A stretch of DNA of 64,000 nt from the NCBI RefSeq assembly GCF_964355755.1, contig NC_092670.1:32476388-32540387 (forward strand), written 5' to 3'. Both the position numbers and the translations under genes were made by a program. The first letter of the stretch is position 1, and every line of letters begins with the position of its first letter. Below, one piece after another: positions 1 to 64,000 of this stretch. The notes beneath the pieces were generated by a model. That model worked only from the letters and a program-made list of their open reading frames with translations. It had not been told where the DNA came from and made no database searches. The stretch is from Antedon mediterranea (taxonomy: Eukaryota > Animalia > Echinodermata).

Positions 1-431
1 GTGAAACACCATCAGTACTAGCCATGTAGAAGTTTAGAAATTATACTACATTATTTTCTGATCTAGTATTTAATTTAACTACATTTGTCTTTTATGTGTG
101 TACAGAGTGCTGTATATGTGTGAAATTCCTAAAGTTATATGCTCTTTTATTTAATTATTCATGTTATGTGTATTGCATCGCTGTTATTTACTCTGTTTAC
201 ACTCATTTAAAAATGTTGTTTTTGTTGGAAGGGTGGATCCTGATTTAGAATGTCTGAAACGGTGGACCGAATAATAGTAGACTTCAAAGGAGCTGCATCT
301 ACAGTATGCCTCCAAGGTGCTTGCTTGTACATTGACTAAAATTGACCTATTTGAGCTGTTTTATTATTTGTTATTATAGTCAATTATTTGCCAAAAAAAA
401 TAAAACTCATATTTCATTTTGGCTGTCAAGT

Positions 432-660
432 TGAGTGGAGTTGTGGCTTGATGGTTATGATTCTTGGGTACCAATCCAAGGGTCCTGGGTTCAAGTCCTG
501 TCATATGTCAGGATTTTTTCACAAATTGCAACTCCACTACCAAAGACTTGTTATGTTTACATCCTGTGTGTTTGTCAGGATTGCCACCTTTAAGAAGGAT
601 AGTTAATGAATTCGCTTATGATTATCTTTTGTAATTTGCCTAAATATAAAACAAGAAAAA
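432..660 (+). mobile_element. tRNA-derived SINE (copy 1)
   Basis: A-box-like TGGCTTGATGG and B-box GGTTCAAGTCC, a body and an A-rich end; homologous reverse copy at ~44670-44850. Confidence 0.7.
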
Positions 661-771
661 GAAAGATGGGTGTAGTGATTCTTCCTTAGATCCGCTTCTA
701 AGAGGTGGAACAATTTTATTATTAGAAAAACATTGTGATGTTTGTTTATCTTCAGTAAACAACTAGCGATA

Positions 772-62638
<61,867 letters not shown>

Positions 62639-62679
62639 GTAAGTAAAAATGAAATACTATACAAAGATGTTTATTAATG

Positions 62680-64000
62680 AGGGCGCTGTAGTGCTGACGC
62701 CTGTAATCTAGCTAACCTGGACAAATTTTTTTTTCTTTTTACCTTTATTTTACTGTTTTGGTTACTGTTATACCGTGAATTGTGTTTATTTGTAATGCTG
62801 AATGTGTAGTAACCTAAATTTTGATTTCTGCTGACTAAGTGCCTCTCCAAAAATAACTGTTTTTCTAAACTGATTCTTAGGCCTAAAGGTGATTAAAAGT
62901 GACTGTGTGAACTGTAGCGTGACACACTACAACACGGACTGTGGGTGTGAGACAATAGCCAGCTGAACAATGTGTATCAGCCAGCCTAGGCCTAGACCTA
63001 TTTCGTATAGCCGTGAGTTTATGCTTTCATTTCACTTGGCGAAAAATTATAAACTTATTCCTGAGCTTACTTACCAATACCTCAGAGATAATAAAATCCT
63101 CAAACACAAACGTTCTCGAAGAGGAGGAAGGAATATTCGGAGATGTATTGCAACTATAGTTTCGCAAAGTCAAAGAAATTACAATAAAAGCGATGATAAT
63201 ATTGTCCAGGATAGGTTGCCTAAAGTTCTAGTTAAAATAGTGAGAGAAGAGTATGCCTTTAATAAAAGAGCTAGACTTCCATCAATACTACTCACTAATG
63301 CTAACTCACTAGTTAATAAAATGGATGAATTTGAAATTGTAATGAAGAGAGAAAATATAGATATCGCTATTATCACTGAAACTTGGTTTACTAACGATCT
63401 ACCTAGTGATTCTGGAAAATTTAAATTATGTGAATATGAAGTATACCGTAAAGATCGGGCAAATAAAAAAGGAGGTGGTGTAGCAGTATACATTCGTAAT
63501 CATATAGAATCTGCAAGCATTACTGAAGCTGTGATACCCGAAAATCTTGAGGTGGTGTGGATCCAGGTTAAAGTACCATCTTGTATTGGATCAATCTTAT
63601 GTATATGCGCTGTGTATTACCCTCCGAGGTGCAACCATGCAATGCTGCTTTCTGACCACATTGTGACAACAGTGGATAAGATTCGAGGAACACATAATAA
63701 AGCAGCATTTATTATACTAGGCGACTTCAATGAATTTGATACTGATGAGTTAGAAAACCATCTCTTACTTAAACAAGTCGTTCTTTTCCCAACTCGCAAA
63801 CAAAATTGCCTGGACAAAATTGTCACTGATGTTGATAATGTTTACGAAACACCCATAAAGCACAGTCCATTGGGCAAGAGTGACCACTGTGTTATCATTT
63901 GGAAGCCTTTAAATCAAATTCGCAAGCCTACCTCAAAAGCCTTGATCACAAGGCCATTCAGAGAATCTTGTATTCGATCGATGGGCCAATGGATAACTCA
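62680..64000 (+). mobile_element. Non-LTR retrotransposon (Rex-Babar-like): 5' end and APE endonuclease ORF from ATG 62970, open to the window edge
   Basis: YSREFMLS..KRSRRGGR..LPSILLTNANSLVNKMDE..ITETW..RKDR..KGGGVAVY..AVYYPP..LGDFN..PTR..CLDKI..LGKSDH; no stop seen through 64000. Clade assignment is from memory of the N-terminal pattern. Confidence 0.88.

Noticed and set aside
432-505. tRNA gene
   Set aside because: Has A and B boxes but no convincing cloverleaf; it continues into a body shared with a second copy at ~44670-44850, so it is a SINE.
62639-64000. DMT1-type iron-responsive element
   Set aside because: The 3' UTR where it would be expected lies outside the window; no convincing CAGUGN stem-loop was seen near the exons.

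Overview
AT-rich, intron-rich animal (probably invertebrate) genomic DNA. The whole window lies inside one + strand host gene, an NRAMP/SLC11 (DMT1/Malvolio-like) divalent metal transporter. I can trace 12 coding exons (772-62638) with consistent GT-AG phases, and the gene runs off the right edge. Its ~41-kb third coding intron (3177-44179) holds an antisense tandem cluster of intronless genes for an apparently uncharacterised family of single-pass receptors: signal peptide, three Ig-like domains, a TM helix and tyrosine-motif tails. The cluster has 5 intact ORFs, 1 nonsense-truncated copy, 1 frameshifted and possibly secreted copy, 1 short secreted-type duplicate and 1 tail-only remnant. These copies show hypervariable N-terminal domains, homogenised membrane-proximal parts and swapped tail types. 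Intron 11 holds a decayed but TSD-flanked Ty3/Gypsy LTR element with unusual cargo: an HhH motif on ORF1, a PHD finger on the integrase, and a probably spliced env-position ORF3 encoding a zinc finger plus a TatD-like nuclease fold. Many small TEs are present (MULE-, hAT-, piggyBac-, Kolobok-, Harbinger- and pogo-like MITEs, Helitron and Helentron-like elements, tRNA- and 5S-derived SINEs, L2 fragments), plus a Rex-Babar-like LINE at the right end. All family assignments are from motif recognition by eye; no searches were run.
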